Shown here piece by piece: positions 37,219 through 49,739 of a stretch of 64,000 nt of DNA. Source of the stretch: Candidatus Hadarchaeales archaeon. GTDB lineage: Archaea; Hadarchaeota; Hadarchaeia; Hadarchaeales; WYZ-LMO6. Under the pieces are notes generated by a model, which did not search any database, was not told the DNA's origin, and saw only the letters and a list, made by a program, of their open reading frames with translations. The position numbers and the translations under genes are program-made. The stretch is from the NCBI GenBank assembly GCA_038851755.1, contig JAWCKR010000005.1:5819-69818 (forward strand), given 5' to 3'. Numbering within the stretch: the first letter of the stretch is position 1; each line of letters opens with the position of its first letter.

Positions 37219-37491
37219 CTAGCCCCGGGGCTTCATCAGCTTCCTGAGTTCCTCCGCCCTGGCAGGGGTAATGATTTTTCTCTTCTCCAGGTCTTCCAGG
37301 CACTTGTCCGCGTACTTGCACCAGACCACGCAGGAAGGGGAGGCCTCCCTGTGGACCTTCCTCCCGCACTTCGGACACTTGGTCTCGGTCTCGTACTCGA
37401 AGAACTCCACTTCCTCCCCACAGGCTGGACAGGTCCTGAGCACGATCTGCGGCTCCACCAGCTTTCTTATCCCGGGGCAGGTGTCCATCAT
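37219..37491 (-). CDS. small Cys-rich zinc-ribbon/Fe-S protein
   Basis: CPG, CPACG, CPKCG, CVVWCKYADKC. Confidence 0.8.
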   Translation of the reverse strand: MMDTCPGIRKLVEPQIVLRTCPACGEEVEFFEYETETKCPKCGRKVHREASPSCVVWCKYADKCLEDLEKRKIITPARAEELRKLMKPRG

Positions 37492-37502
37492 CCCTCCTCA
37501 CC

Positions 37503-37874
37503 TCACCTGCTCTTCCAGAGGCCGTGGATGTTGCAGTACTCCCTGGCCCTCTCCGCCTTCACCCTGAACTCCGCCTCCGGTGCCTCGCCTGGGTTCAGGA
37601 ACTTCAGGCAGAGGAAACCCTCTCCTTCCGCCTCCACCCACTCGATGTAGTGCTTCTCCTCCATCGGGTGGGGCACCGAACCCACCTTCACCTTCGCTCC
37701 CCTCTCCGTTCCCTCCACCACCGGCACGTGCTTCTCCCTTCCCACTTCCTCCGTTCTCTCCTGCAGGAGCTCCATGGGCTGACCGCAGCAGACCAGCTGC
37801 CCCCTCCCGGCGTGTAGCACCATCACGATGTTACCGCAGACGTTGCACCTATAGACCTGCTTCCTTTCCGTCAT
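37503..37874 (-). CDS. dfx: desulfoferrodoxin (2Fe superoxide reductase)
   Basis: [31 protein letters not shown]. Confidence 0.95.
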   Translation of the reverse strand: MTERKQVYRCNVCGNIVMVLHAGRGQLVCCGQPMELLQERTEEVGREKHVPVVEGTERGAKVKVGSVPHPMEEKHYIEWVEAEGEGFLCLKFLNPGEAPEAEFRVKAERAREYCNIHGLWKSR

Positions 37875-38870
37875 TCATTTCCTCTTTTTTCCCCGCGATA
37901 AAATACTTCTCTTCTTCCCCTTCAGGACCCAAAGAGTCCCCCCGGTCAGGAGAACGAGGATTGCGACGGCCACCGCCACGAGAAGGGGCAAGGATGTAGC
38001 TGGAGGGGAGTACTCATAGGAGATGCTCGTTTCCCCCAGATCACGGATCAAGGACTGAAATAGCTCCATGTTCTCGCCCGAAAACGTGTAGATTGCGCCC
38101 TCGTTCTCAAAGCCCGGGGGGAGGCCGGAAACCGACGCCCCTTCGGGAAGCTTGAGGACCAGGGAAAAGTTTCCCACGGATGTTTCCCCCAGTAAACCAC
38201 CCAGGTTGAGGTTCTCGGGCAAGTTCACCACCACCCGGCCTTCCTCATGTGGGAGGCTGAACTCCGAGCGCGCCGAGAGAAGCGCTCCTCCCTCCGCCAG
38301 CTCTAGGGAAAGCTGCAGGCTCAAGGGCAGGTACTCCCTTCCCCTCTCCACCCCTCCCAGCACCACCAGGAGGGAGAACCTCACACCGGGCTGGAGCACC
38401 TTAAGCTCCTTCACCTCCACCTTCTCCAGCACCATCTCCCTCATCTCCTCTGGAAGCTCGATCTCGGGGAACTCCAGCTGGGGGAGTCCCGTGGATTCCC
38501 CTCCCTCCATCAGCTCCCCCAGGGTCTTCCCCTCGTAGGAGGAGAGGAAGGTGTTCAGGAACTGAAGGTCCAAGGAAGAGAGGAGATCCTCCACCCCCTC
38601 GGGAAGCTTCACCTCCGCGCTCCCCCCAAGCTCCAGCTTCACGGAGGAGGAACCCGACGTGGAGACCCTAAGTTCCAGCTCCAGGGGGAAGAGGTTATCC
38701 GTTTCTCCCCGCAGCACGGCCGAGGCCTCCACGAGACACTTCGCCTGGGGAGTCAGCTCCACCTGCAACCGCAGGTTCTCCACCCGCAACTCCTTCCCCT
38801 TCACTCCGGCTAATCCTGCCGAAGCCAGCAAGAAAAGTGCCATCAACGAAAGGGGGAGGAGCCTCCGCAT
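37875..38870 (-). CDS. secreted/surface protein with C-terminal membrane anchor
   Basis: Signal peptide, C-terminal TM and basic tail. Confidence 0.75.
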   Translation of the reverse strand: MRRLLPLSLMALFLLASAGLAGVKGKELRVENLRLQVELTPQAKCLVEASAVLRGETDNLFPLELELRVSTSGSSSVKLELGGSAEVKLPEGVEDLLSSLDLQFLNTFLSSYEGKTLGELMEGGESTGLPQLEFPEIELPEEMREMVLEKVEVKELKVLQPGVRFSLLVVLGGVERGREYLPLSLQLSLELAEGGALLSARSEFSLPHEEGRVVVNLPENLNLGGLLGETSVGNFSLVLKLPEGASVSGLPPGFENEGAIYTFSGENMELFQSLIRDLGETSISYEYSPPATSLPLLVAVAVAILVLLTGGTLWVLKGKKRSILSRGKKRK

Positions 38871-38986
38871 GTCATTCCCTTTAAAATCCCACCTTAAATA
38901 ACAGGGAGTTCCCTCACCCGCTCAGAGGAACATCCCTCCCTCCGGGGGGGTAGAGTTTAAAATGTGGGAGGGGGAAAGAAAGAAAG

Positions 38987-39256
38987 ATGGAGTTCCCCGA
39001 GATCCTGGAAGAGGAGGAAGAAGAGGAAGAGGAGGACTGGATCACAGCGGCCAGACTGGAGGTGCTGGAGTACCTCCTCCGCCGGTACGGGAACCTGAGG
39101 GCCAAGGACCTGGCCGAAATCCTTGGGTGCAAACCCGCCACCATCCAACCCCTCCTGAAGAGGCTCGAGGGATGCGGGAGGGCCAAGTGCCTGAAGGTGG
39201 GGAGAAGCTCGGTGTGGGCGATCAACGAGCGCTTCCCCGATACCATCTACTACTAG
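38987..39256 (+). CDS. small winged-helix protein
   Basis: LRAKDLAEILG..IQPLLKRLE..G..SVW; acidic N-terminus. Confidence 0.75.
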   Translation: MEFPEILEEEEEEEEEDWITAARLEVLEYLLRRYGNLRAKDLAEILGCKPATIQPLLKRLEGCGRAKCLKVGRSSVWAINERFPDTIYY

Positions 39257-39296
39257 GTTCCGATAGGGTAAAAACCGGGGAACCCCAAGGAATGGC

Positions 39297-39512
39297 GTGG
39301 AGAAAATCCCCGAGCTGGAGCTGAAGCTTTCTTCCCTGACCAAGCGGCTGGAGGAGCTGGAGAAGCGCCTGGAGCTGCTGGAGAGGAAGCAATTCCATCC
39401 CAGCCCTCCACCCGGCCCGCAGGAGACTGAGAAACCCAAGAACGAAAAACAGTGGGGTTATCTGAGCAAGACCATAGCCGCGGCCAAGAGGGAGTACCAG
39501 AAAACCCTCTGA
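39297..39512 (+). CDS. small coiled-coil hypothetical protein
   Basis: LEELEKRLELLE heptads. Confidence 0.6.
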   Translation: MEKIPELELKLSSLTKRLEELEKRLELLERKQFHPSPPPGPQETEKPKNEKQWGYLSKTIAAAKREYQKTL

Positions 39513-39554
39513 TTCCCCCAAATAAGGAGGAACCACTATTCCTTCTGGTGGAGC

Positions 39555-40115
39555 ATGAGGGAGGAACTCCTCAGCCCGCTCTTCTGGCTCCTGATCCTTG
39601 GGGGTTGGGTGGCCGGGGTTTCCTTCGGCTACTGGATGGGGGGGGACCTCTCCCGGGAGCTGAGCCTGGTGACCAGCGTTCCCCCACCCTCCGAGCTGGG
39701 GGGATGGTGGGAGCCCCTCCTCTTCTTCGCCCTCACCCCCCTCTCCTGCTACCTGCTCTCCCAGCTCTTCTTCGGTGCGAGCGCCCCGCTCCTCCTCTTC
39801 CTCAGGGGCACCCACGACGGGGGCATCCTGATAAGAACCCTCGAGGCCTCTTTCTCCGGCTTCTCCTTCCCCCACTTCTCCCCACGGGAGGTCCTCTCCA
39901 CCCTCTTCATCCTCCTGGTTCTCTCCGTCAACCTCCCCCTCTGCCTCTGGGCCTCCCACCTGGGGACCTCCAGGGCCACCTACCTGAGGCACAGGCTCAC
40001 GGGAAGGCCCATCCGCGCGGGAGAGGGCTCCTCCACCTTCTCCTCCCTCCCCCTCCTCCTTGGTCTCTCCCTGGTGGCCGGTCTCTTCGCGTCCCTCCTC
40101 TTCGGCCACCTGTGA
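39555..40115 (+). CDS. membrane protein (weak SpoIIM-like resemblance)
   Basis: Multiple hydrophobic helices, GGAG site before ATG. Confidence 0.7.
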   Translation: MREELLSPLFWLLILGGWVAGVSFGYWMGGDLSRELSLVTSVPPPSELGGWWEPLLFFALTPLSCYLLSQLFFGASAPLLLFLRGTHDGGILIRTLEASFSGFSFPHFSPREVLSTLFILLVLSVNLPLCLWASHLGTSRATYLRHRLTGRPIRAGEGSSTFSSLPLLLGLSLVAGLFASLLFGHL

Positions 40116-40128
40116 GGTCAGAAGGGAT

Positions 40129-41247
40129 TCAGGCGGGCCTGAACCTGTCCTTAAGCTTCTCGAGCACCTTCGGGAGGGTGGTGTACTCCATGGCGTCGTG
40201 GGCCAGACGGGCGGGCTCGAACTCGCCCATCCTCCTCAGCACCGCCATGTACTCCATCGCCTCCCTCCTGGCCAGGTCAAAGGCCACGTCCTCGAAAAGG
40301 TCCGCCACCATCGGGTTGCCCGAGTCGTCCTTGGCTATGGCCCCCTCGCAGACCTGGAAGCCCAGCCCCACCAGCCTGGGGGGCCCGTCGAAGACCGTGC
40401 ACCTTGAGTCCTTCAGCCCCACCGGCATCAGGGGGCCCCAGTGGCTTCCCCTCATCCAACCCTCCACGAAGTAGCTGTGCATGAAGGGGGCCAGGATCTC
40501 GCCCACCGCCGGCAGGCCATGCTGGGCCCTCACCACGCACACTGGGTCGTCCTTGCCCACGTACTTCCCTGCGATCAGGGAAAGCTTGGTGGTGCTGGTG
40601 GAGGCGCAAACCATATCATCGGAAGCCCTCCAGATCCTGGAGATCACGTACCTCCCGGGGCTGCCCACCAGCGCCAGCACCTCGTACATCTCCTCCGGGC
40701 ACTTCAGCACGATCTTCTTGCTCTCTATCAGGTCGAACACCTCGAACTTGAACCCTCCCACCATGGCGGGGTCGATGACCAGGCCAGCTGTGTTGAAGGG
40801 ATCGGCGAAGGCCTTGAAGAGGGGATAGTTGAAGGCGCCCGGCTCCGTCTTGTCCATCGCCAGGACTATCACGGGATCGGAAGGACGCTCCTCGAACTCC
40901 ATCTCCGCCACCCCCGGACCCATTCCCTTTACGTTGCCGCTGAAGGCCGTCTTCAGGATGTCCTGCCCCGCCGCGTAGAGCTTCAAGCTCCTGGACCTCT
41001 CCGCGGCCTTCCTGAAGGTCTCCCAGGCCAGGCCGTGGATCTCGGGGTTGTCCTCCCCCCTCCGGTGCACCATGAGGAGCTCCAGGTCGTCCCCGGCGTT
41101 GAACACGTAGGAGCTGTTGATCAGGCCCTCTTTCTCCGCCTTCTTCAGCTCCTCCCTGGCCACCCTCAGGAGGGGTTCCGGCACGGTGTGATGTCCCACC
41201 AGCGAGCCCACGTCAGCCTTGATCACCGATACCGTGGTCTTGACCAT
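40129..41247 (-). CDS. fbp: fructose-1,6-bisphosphate aldolase/phosphatase
   Basis: SVIKADVG, GDDLELLM, DKTEPGAFN, YVGKDDP, GWMRGSH. Confidence 0.95.
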   Translation of the reverse strand: MVKTTVSVIKADVGSLVGHHTVPEPLLRVAREELKKAEKEGLINSSYVFNAGDDLELLMVHRRGEDNPEIHGLAWETFRKAAERSRSLKLYAAGQDILKTAFSGNVKGMGPGVAEMEFEERPSDPVIVLAMDKTEPGAFNYPLFKAFADPFNTAGLVIDPAMVGGFKFEVFDLIESKKIVLKCPEEMYEVLALVGSPGRYVISRIWRASDDMVCASTSTTKLSLIAGKYVGKDDPVCVVRAQHGLPAVGEILAPFMHSYFVEGWMRGSHWGPLMPVGLKDSRCTVFDGPPRLVGLGFQVCEGAIAKDDSGNPMVADLFEDVAFDLARREAMEYMAVLRRMGEFEPARLAHDAMEYTTLPKVLEKLKDRFRPA

Positions 41248-41279
41248 CTCCCTACTTCCTTCCGCGGATATAAAAAGAC

Positions 41280-41468
41280 TCAGCGGACCCTGAGGGCGTA
41301 GCTCCCTTCCTGCTTGATCTTGAGGGCCTTGGCTATCTGGGACCTCTCCGGATCCCTCACCACCACGTATCCCTTCCACTCCGAGGAAAAGGAGTTCCCC
41401 TTGCAGACAGGACAAACCTCCGCCTTGCCCACTATCCTGTAGCACTTCTTGCAGGCCTGCTCCTTCAT
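41280..41468 (-). CDS. spt4: transcription elongation factor Spt4 (RpoE'')
   Basis: ACKKC..CPVC..SSEWKG..SQIAK..YALRVR. Confidence 0.95.
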   Translation of the reverse strand: MKEQACKKCYRIVGKAEVCPVCKGNSFSSEWKGYVVVRDPERSQIAKALKIKQEGSYALRVR

Positions 41469-42022
41469 CCCTTACCCCCCTTCTTTCCCTCCGCCAACCA
41501 CTCCAGCTTGCCCAGACCAGGCTGGCGCATGGTGAGCCCCACCTTCCCCCTGTAGTCCCTCCTGAGGCTGACCGACACCACCCTGGCCCTTAGCCTGTCC
41601 CCCTCCTTCAGCGACCTCCCCGTTTCCTTTCCCACCAGGGCCCCTTTCTTCTCGTCGTAGGAAACGTAGTCGTCCATGACCTGCGAGATATGGAGGAGGG
41701 CGTCCAGAGGGCCCACCCTGACGAAGCTCCCGAAGCTCACCACCTCCACCACCTCCCCCAGCACCACCTCGTTCAGCTCTGGGCGGTAGGTGAGGGCCTC
41801 GAAGACCACCTGGTGGTAGCTGGCCCCGTCCCCCATGATCACCCTCCCCACCCCTATCTCCTTCACCCCCGTGATGGCCACCACCATCCCCACATCTTTG
41901 TCCATCACCCCTTCGTAGGTCTGCTGCAGCAGCTCCGCCACCACCTTCTCCAGGGGCTCGCCGAAGCGGTGGGGTGGAACCCTCACCGTGTCCCTCAGAG
42001 TCACCCTCCAGTGCACTTCCAC
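41465..42022 (-). CDS. rpo7: RNA polymerase subunit Rpo7 (E')
   Basis: VRVPP..FG, GDGASYH, S1 domain, GLTMRQPGLGKLEW. Confidence 0.95.
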   Translation of the reverse strand: MEVHWRVTLRDTVRVPPHRFGEPLEKVVAELLQQTYEGVMDKDVGMVVAITGVKEIGVGRVIMGDGASYHQVVFEALTYRPELNEVVLGEVVEVVSFGSFVRVGPLDALLHISQVMDDYVSYDEKKGALVGKETGRSLKEGDRLRARVVSVSLRRDYRGKVGLTMRQPGLGKLEWLAEGKKGGKG

Positions 42023-42082
42023 ACCTCCAGACCAGAGAACCTAATCATCCTCACCAAAGAGCCTATTAAAAGGTTGCCGAAC

Positions 42083-42490
42083 TCACTCCAGGTCGCGGCT
42101 GAGCATCAGGTAGGACCTGTGCCTCAGACGGGCCACCGGAATCCCCACCTTCTCAAGCTTCTTCTGGAGTACCCTGTCGTTGGTGCCCACCACGCAGCCC
42201 TTGGCCCCCTCCTTCTGGGCCAGCTTCAGGATGGTCTCGTCCGCATCCTCCCCGCCCTCCACGATCTCCCCCTGCTCAGCCAGGACCATCCCCAGTCTGG
42301 CGGAAGACCTCTCGCTCGGGGTTCCCCTCCTCGCCAGATACTCCAGCTCCTTCAGCACGGGGGAGGGGATGAGGAGCTTGTACCTCCTCTCCAGCAGCCT
42401 GTTCAGCTCGCTGATGATGTCCACTCCGAAGGTCCCCGGTATCATCAGGAAACTCGTGTCCGCTATCACCTTCAGGTACTTCAATTCCAT
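42083..42490 (-). CDS. PIN domain protein (Fcf1/Utp24-like)
   Basis: IADTSFLM, VLKEL, ADETI, TNDR; upstream of rpo7. Confidence 0.85.
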   Translation of the reverse strand: MELKYLKVIADTSFLMIPGTFGVDIISELNRLLERRYKLLIPSPVLKELEYLARRGTPSERSSARLGMVLAEQGEIVEGGEDADETILKLAQKEGAKGCVVGTNDRVLQKKLEKVGIPVARLRHRSYLMLSRDLE

Positions 42491-42537
42491 CCCTTAGGGC
42501 CCTCTCAATAAAGAAAAGACCTGAGTCCTTAAAAAAA

Positions 42538-43308
42538 ATGATGCTGGTCTTCGTGGGACTGGGCCTTTGCGGCCAAGAGGGACTCTCCCTCAGGGGGCTG
42601 AAAACCGCCAGGGAGGCCGACTGGGTGTACGCCGAGCACTACACCAGCCTCCTCCCCGAGCTGGACCTGGGGAAACTGGAGGAGCTTGTGGGGAAAAACG
42701 TGAAGCTGGTGGACCGGAAGACCCTGGAGGAGCACCCAGAGGAGATCCTGGAAAGAGCGGAGAGGGGAAGGGTGGCCCTGCTGGTTCCAGGGGACTCCAT
42801 GGTGGCCACCACCCACGTGGACCTCAGGCTGAGGGCGGAGAGGAGGGGCATCCGCACCCTGGTGGTCCCCTCGCCCTCCATCCTCTCCGCGGCCCCGGGG
42901 CTCACGGGGCTGCAGAGCTACAAGTTCGGTCGCTCCGCCACCATCCCCTTCAGGGACAACCCCTCCAGGACCCCCTACGACACCCTGGTGGAGAACCGGG
43001 AAAGGGGGCTGCACACCCTCCTCCTCCTCGACCTGAGGGCGGAGGAGGGCAGGTACATGACGGCGAGGGAGGGGATGGAGGTCATGCTGGAGCTGGAGTC
43101 CAGGATGGGAAAGGGGGTCTTCACCAGGGACAGCCTGGTGGTGGTTCTGGCCCGCGCGGGATGCTCCGACGGGAGGGTGAGGGCGGGGAGGGTGGGGAAG
43201 CTGATGGAGGAGGACTTCGGGCCCCCCCCACACGCGCTGGTCGTCCCGGGGAGGCTGCACTTTCTTGAGGAGGAGGCGCTGAGGGTACTGGCGGGGGCTG
43301 AGCCTTGA
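42538..43308 (+). CDS. dph5: diphthine synthase
   Basis: VGLGL, EHYTS, ATTH, GLQSYKFG, GLHTLLLLD. Confidence 0.95.
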   Translation: MMLVFVGLGLCGQEGLSLRGLKTAREADWVYAEHYTSLLPELDLGKLEELVGKNVKLVDRKTLEEHPEEILERAERGRVALLVPGDSMVATTHVDLRLRAERRGIRTLVVPSPSILSAAPGLTGLQSYKFGRSATIPFRDNPSRTPYDTLVENRERGLHTLLLLDLRAEEGRYMTAREGMEVMLELESRMGKGVFTRDSLVVVLARAGCSDGRVRAGRVGKLMEEDFGPPPHALVVPGRLHFLEEEALRVLAGAEP

Positions 43309-43550
43309 GGGACCCGAAGGAGGAGCTGGAAGCCGAGATAGAGAGATGGTCGAAAAGGCTGGAGGAGGCCTTGGAGAAAACCAGGCCCCTAGACAAGAGA
43401 GGGGAAAAGCTCCTGGAGAACATCAGGGCTTACCAGCAGGACTCTTCCCACTTCAGGTCCCACTCGCCCGTGAAGAGCTTCGAGTGCCTGGTGTGGGCCT
43501 GGGCCCTGCTGGAGATGGGGAAGGAGTTCGGCTGCCTCTCAGGGCCCTAG
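43305..43550 (+). CDS. DUF357 family protein
   Basis: NIRAYQQDSSHF..SFECLVWAWALLE; follows dph5. Confidence 0.8.
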   Translation: MRDPKEELEAEIERWSKRLEEALEKTRPLDKRGEKLLENIRAYQQDSSHFRSHSPVKSFECLVWAWALLEMGKEFGCLSGP

Positions 43551-44231
43551 CGCGGAAGCCAGCCTCCTGACCTCCCCCACCGCCTCCTCCACCGCCCTCT
43601 CCAGCATCCTCTTTCCCAGCCTGAGGTCCGCCCTCACCCCTCCCTCCAGAACCTCCCTGGCATGCCTCTCAGCCCACTCGTACCTACGGCGAGCCTTCTC
43701 CAGCCCGGCGAAGCCCACCTCCGGGTGCCTCTCGGGGTCCACGTGCTCCCTCAGCCTGGAGAGGTCCGCCAGGCCTGCTGCCGCCGCCGCGCTGACCTCC
43801 CCCGTCCCCGCGTGTGGCCCCTCCAGGTCCACCAGCAGGGTGCTGAAGGCCAGCTTCATCCCCAGCCTCTTCTCCAGACGCGGCAGACGGTCCCTGAGGG
43901 GCTTGTTCCCCCCGTGAGCATTGACCAGCACCGCCGCCCTCACTCCCAGTACCTCCCTGGCCTCCTTCAGCCTCCTACACAGCTCACCCACCACCTTCCC
44001 CAGCGGGTGGTGTCTACCCGTCTCTATGAGGGGAAGCTCGTAGGAGGTGAGGAGGACCCCCAGGAACTTGGCCCCGCTGCGCTTGGCAGCTTCCAGGGCC
44101 ACGTGGGCCGCCAGCTTGGCATCGGTGTCGGGGGGGAGCACCGCCCCATGCCTCTCCTGGTGAGAGCCCAGGGCCAGCACTCCCACCCTGGTTTCAGCCG
44201 ATCCCCAGCCTTCTGGCCGTCTTGACCGCAC
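43539..44231 (-). CDS. arfB: creatininase-family deformylase (ArfB)
   Basis: GSHQERHGAVLPPDTDAK, VNAHGGN, HAGTGE; end of rib operon; start uncertain. Confidence 0.82.
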   Translation of the reverse strand: MRSRRPEGWGSAETRVGVLALGSHQERHGAVLPPDTDAKLAAHVALEAAKRSGAKFLGVLLTSYELPLIETGRHHPLGKVVGELCRRLKEAREVLGVRAAVLVNAHGGNKPLRDRLPRLEKRLGMKLAFSTLLVDLEGPHAGTGEVSAAAAAGLADLSRLREHVDPERHPEVGFAGLEKARRRYEWAERHAREVLEGGVRADLRLGKRMLERAVEEAVGEVRRLASALGP

Positions 44232-44604
44232 TCTCCACCGCTCTCCTGGCGTACTCGTTCACCCTGTCCAGCGCCTGCAGTCTGGTCATGCCCGGTCCGG
44301 AGATGCCCAGCGCCACCGGCTTGCCGTACTCAAGAGCAAGGTCCATCAGCTTCCTGGTCGTGTGCTGCATGATCACCTCGTCGTGCTCCGTCTCCCCCTC
44401 TATCACCGCCCCCAGCGTCACCACGGCGTCCACCTTTCCCTCCGAAAGCAGCTTCTTCACCGCCACCGGTATCTCCCAGACCCCGGGAACCAGCACTTCC
44501 CTCTCCAACGACGCACCCAGGAACTCCGCGTGCCTCTTCGCGAACTCCACCATGGGTCCCACTACGTCCCAGGAGAACTCGCTCGCCACCAGTCCCAGCT
44601 TCAC
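44194..44604 (-). CDS. ribH: 6,7-dimethyl-8-ribityllumazine synthase
   Basis: VPGVWEIP, LGAVIEGETEHD, KPVALGISGPG. Confidence 0.95.
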   Translation of the reverse strand: MKLGLVASEFSWDVVGPMVEFAKRHAEFLGASLEREVLVPGVWEIPVAVKKLLSEGKVDAVVTLGAVIEGETEHDEVIMQHTTRKLMDLALEYGKPVALGISGPGMTRLQALDRVNEYARRAVESAVKTARRLGIG

Positions 44605-44611
44605 CAGGTTC

Positions 44612-46403
<1,792 letters not shown>

Positions 46404-46467
46404 TTTACCACTTTTGGTTAAATTACCAAATGTGATTTCTTACCCGCTCGGAGGAAGTTATATATAA

Positions 46468-47490
<1,023 letters not shown>

Positions 47491-48702
47491 ATGTCGATCC
47501 CCACTCTGGACCAGGCGGACGTGAAGGGCAGGACCGTTCTCCTCAGGGTGGACATCAACTCCCCCCTCGACCCCAGGACAGGTGACATCCTGGAGGACTC
47601 CAGGATGAGGGAGTCGGCACCCACCATCAAGGAGCTGGCGGAAAAGGGGGCGAAGGTGGTGGTGCTGGCCCACCAGGGAAGACCGGGGGACGAGGACTTC
47701 ACCAGGCTGGAAAAGCATGCGAGGAGAATGGGCGAAATCCTGGGCATGCCCGTGAGGTACGTTCCCGACCTGCTGGGGCCCTCCGCAAAGGAGGCCATCA
47801 GAGGGTTGAAACCTGGAGAGATCCTTTTGCTGGAGAACGTGAGATTCCTCGCTGAAGAGTCCCTGAGTGGCCCACCGGAAGAGATGGCCAAAACCTTCCT
47901 GGTGAGGGAACTCTCCTCCCTGGCCGACCTCTACGTGAACGACGCCTTCGGGGCCGCACACCGCGGGCAGCCCTCGCTGGTGGGCTTCGGAGCCGTGCTC
48001 CCCACGTATGCGGGTAGGTTGATGGAAAGGGAGCTGAAGGGGCTGGGCAGGGGGAGGGAGCCGGAGAGGCCCTGCGTCTACGTGCTGGGTGGGGGGAAGT
48101 CCAAGGATTCCATGAGCATGATCGAGAACGTGCTTTCGAAGGGAATCGCCGACTGGGTCCTCACGGGCGGGCTGGTTTCACTGCTCTTCCTCTCGGCCTC
48201 AGGAGTGGACCTGGGGGGACCCAACCTGCAGGTCCTGAAGGAAAAGGGATTCGAGAAGGAAAGGGAGAGAGCCAAGAGATTACTGTCCACCTACGGGGAG
48301 AGGATAAAGCTTCCCGTGGACGTGGCCGTGGAGAGGAAAGGGAGAAGGGAGGAGGTGGAGGTTTCCAAGCTCCCCGTGGACGCACCCGTGAAAGACGTGG
48401 GGGGCAGGACCATAAGTGAATACTCCGAGCTCATCAGAAAGGCCAAAACCGTGGTGGCCAACGGCCCGCTGGGGGTGTTTGAGGAGGAGAACTTCGAGAA
48501 GGGAACGGTGGAGGTGCTGCGGGCCATGGCCGGGTCAGGAGCCTACACCATCGTGGGTGGGGGTCACATGGTGGCCGCGGCCGAGAAGGCTGGAGTGCTC
48601 TCCAAAATCAGCCACGTGAGCACCGGAGGTGGGGCCTGCATAAGCTTCCTGGCCGGGGAGCCCATGCCGGTGGTGGAACTCCTTCTGAAGGCCAGGCGCT
48701 AA
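47491..48702 (+). CDS. pgk: phosphoglycerate kinase
   Basis: RVDINSP, AHQGRPG, NDAFGAAHR, HVSTGGGA. Confidence 0.96.
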   Translation: MSIPTLDQADVKGRTVLLRVDINSPLDPRTGDILEDSRMRESAPTIKELAEKGAKVVVLAHQGRPGDEDFTRLEKHARRMGEILGMPVRYVPDLLGPSAKEAIRGLKPGEILLLENVRFLAEESLSGPPEEMAKTFLVRELSSLADLYVNDAFGAAHRGQPSLVGFGAVLPTYAGRLMERELKGLGRGREPERPCVYVLGGGKSKDSMSMIENVLSKGIADWVLTGGLVSLLFLSASGVDLGGPNLQVLKEKGFEKERERAKRLLSTYGERIKLPVDVAVERKGRREEVEVSKLPVDAPVKDVGGRTISEYSELIRKAKTVVANGPLGVFEEENFEKGTVEVLRAMAGSGAYTIVGGGHMVAAAEKAGVLSKISHVSTGGGACISFLAGEPMPVVELLLKARR

Positions 48703-49739
48703 TCCCATTCCCCGGGCCAGAGACCCAGCTCTTTCGCCGTGCGTTTCACCTCTTCCCAGATTTCGTTGGGGAGGGGGATACCCTCCCTCAGGTACCTCTC
48801 CCTCTTCCTGAACTCCGGCTCCCCGGGAAGGAGAATCTCCTGGACGCCCTCCGCCCTCCTGGAGGATTTCACCTCCCGGATGAACTCCTCAGCTTCACCC
48901 AGGAACTTCTCCCTGTCGGTAAAGGCCGAAGGGTCCAGCGCCAGCATCAGGTCCCCCTTCGTGCAGAAGCCCTCCACCGGTTCCAGCGTCCCCCTGACCT
49001 TCTTCCCCGCGGCGGCGTTCACCATGGGACCTGCCAAGAGTTCCAGCACGAAAGCCAGCCCGTATCCCTTGGGACCACCGAAGGGGCTGAGGGCCCCCTT
49101 CAGCCCCTCCTCGGGATCGGTGGTGGGCCTTCCCTCCCTGTCCACCGCCCAGCCCTCCGGTATCCTCTCCCCCTTTTTGGCTGCCTCCACCAGCTTCCCC
49201 CTGGCCGCCACGCTCATCGCCATGTCCAGAAGGATGGGGGGACGGGTGGGGAGACCCAAGGCAAGGGCGTTGGTTCCCAGCAGGGGCTCGCACCCACCCC
49301 AGGGGTGCACCAGGGGATCGGTGGTGGTGGCCACCACCCCCACCATGCCCTCCTTCATGGCCATCTCCGCGTAGTATCCAGCGATGCCGAAGTGATTGGA
49401 GTTGAACACGCCCACCGCCCCTATCCCCGCCTTCCTGGCCTTCTCCACGGCCAGCGACATCGCCCTCTTGGCCACATGGTGCCCCAGCCCGTGGCCCCCG
49501 TCCAGCAGCGCCGTGGCCTGGGTCTCCCTGACCACCCTCACCTCCGCCCGCGGGAGGATGGTCCCCCTCCTCAGCGCCCTCAGGATGTAGGGGAGCCTCA
49601 GCAGGCCGTGGGAGTGAAAGCCCCTCAAATCACCCTCCGTCAGCACCTCCGCCACGTCCTCCGCCTCCTCCTCCCCCGACCCTCCCCTCAGGAGGAGGGT
49701 GCGTATCACCTCCTTCTCCCTCTCAGCCGTGAGGATCAT
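48699..49739 (-). CDS. Ldh_2 family oxidoreductase (ComC/malate-L-lactate dehydrogenase type)
   Basis: GFHSHGLLRL, NSNHFG, GTNAL, GGPKGYGL, LPGEPE. Confidence 0.9.
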   Translation of the reverse strand: MILTAEREKEVIRTLLLRGGSGEEEAEDVAEVLTEGDLRGFHSHGLLRLPYILRALRRGTILPRAEVRVVRETQATALLDGGHGLGHHVAKRAMSLAVEKARKAGIGAVGVFNSNHFGIAGYYAEMAMKEGMVGVVATTTDPLVHPWGGCEPLLGTNALALGLPTRPPILLDMAMSVAARGKLVEAAKKGERIPEGWAVDREGRPTTDPEEGLKGALSPFGGPKGYGLAFVLELLAGPMVNAAAGKKVRGTLEPVEGFCTKGDLMLALDPSAFTDREKFLGEAEEFIREVKSSRRAEGVQEILLPGEPEFRKRERYLREGIPLPNEIWEEVKRTAKELGLWPGEWD

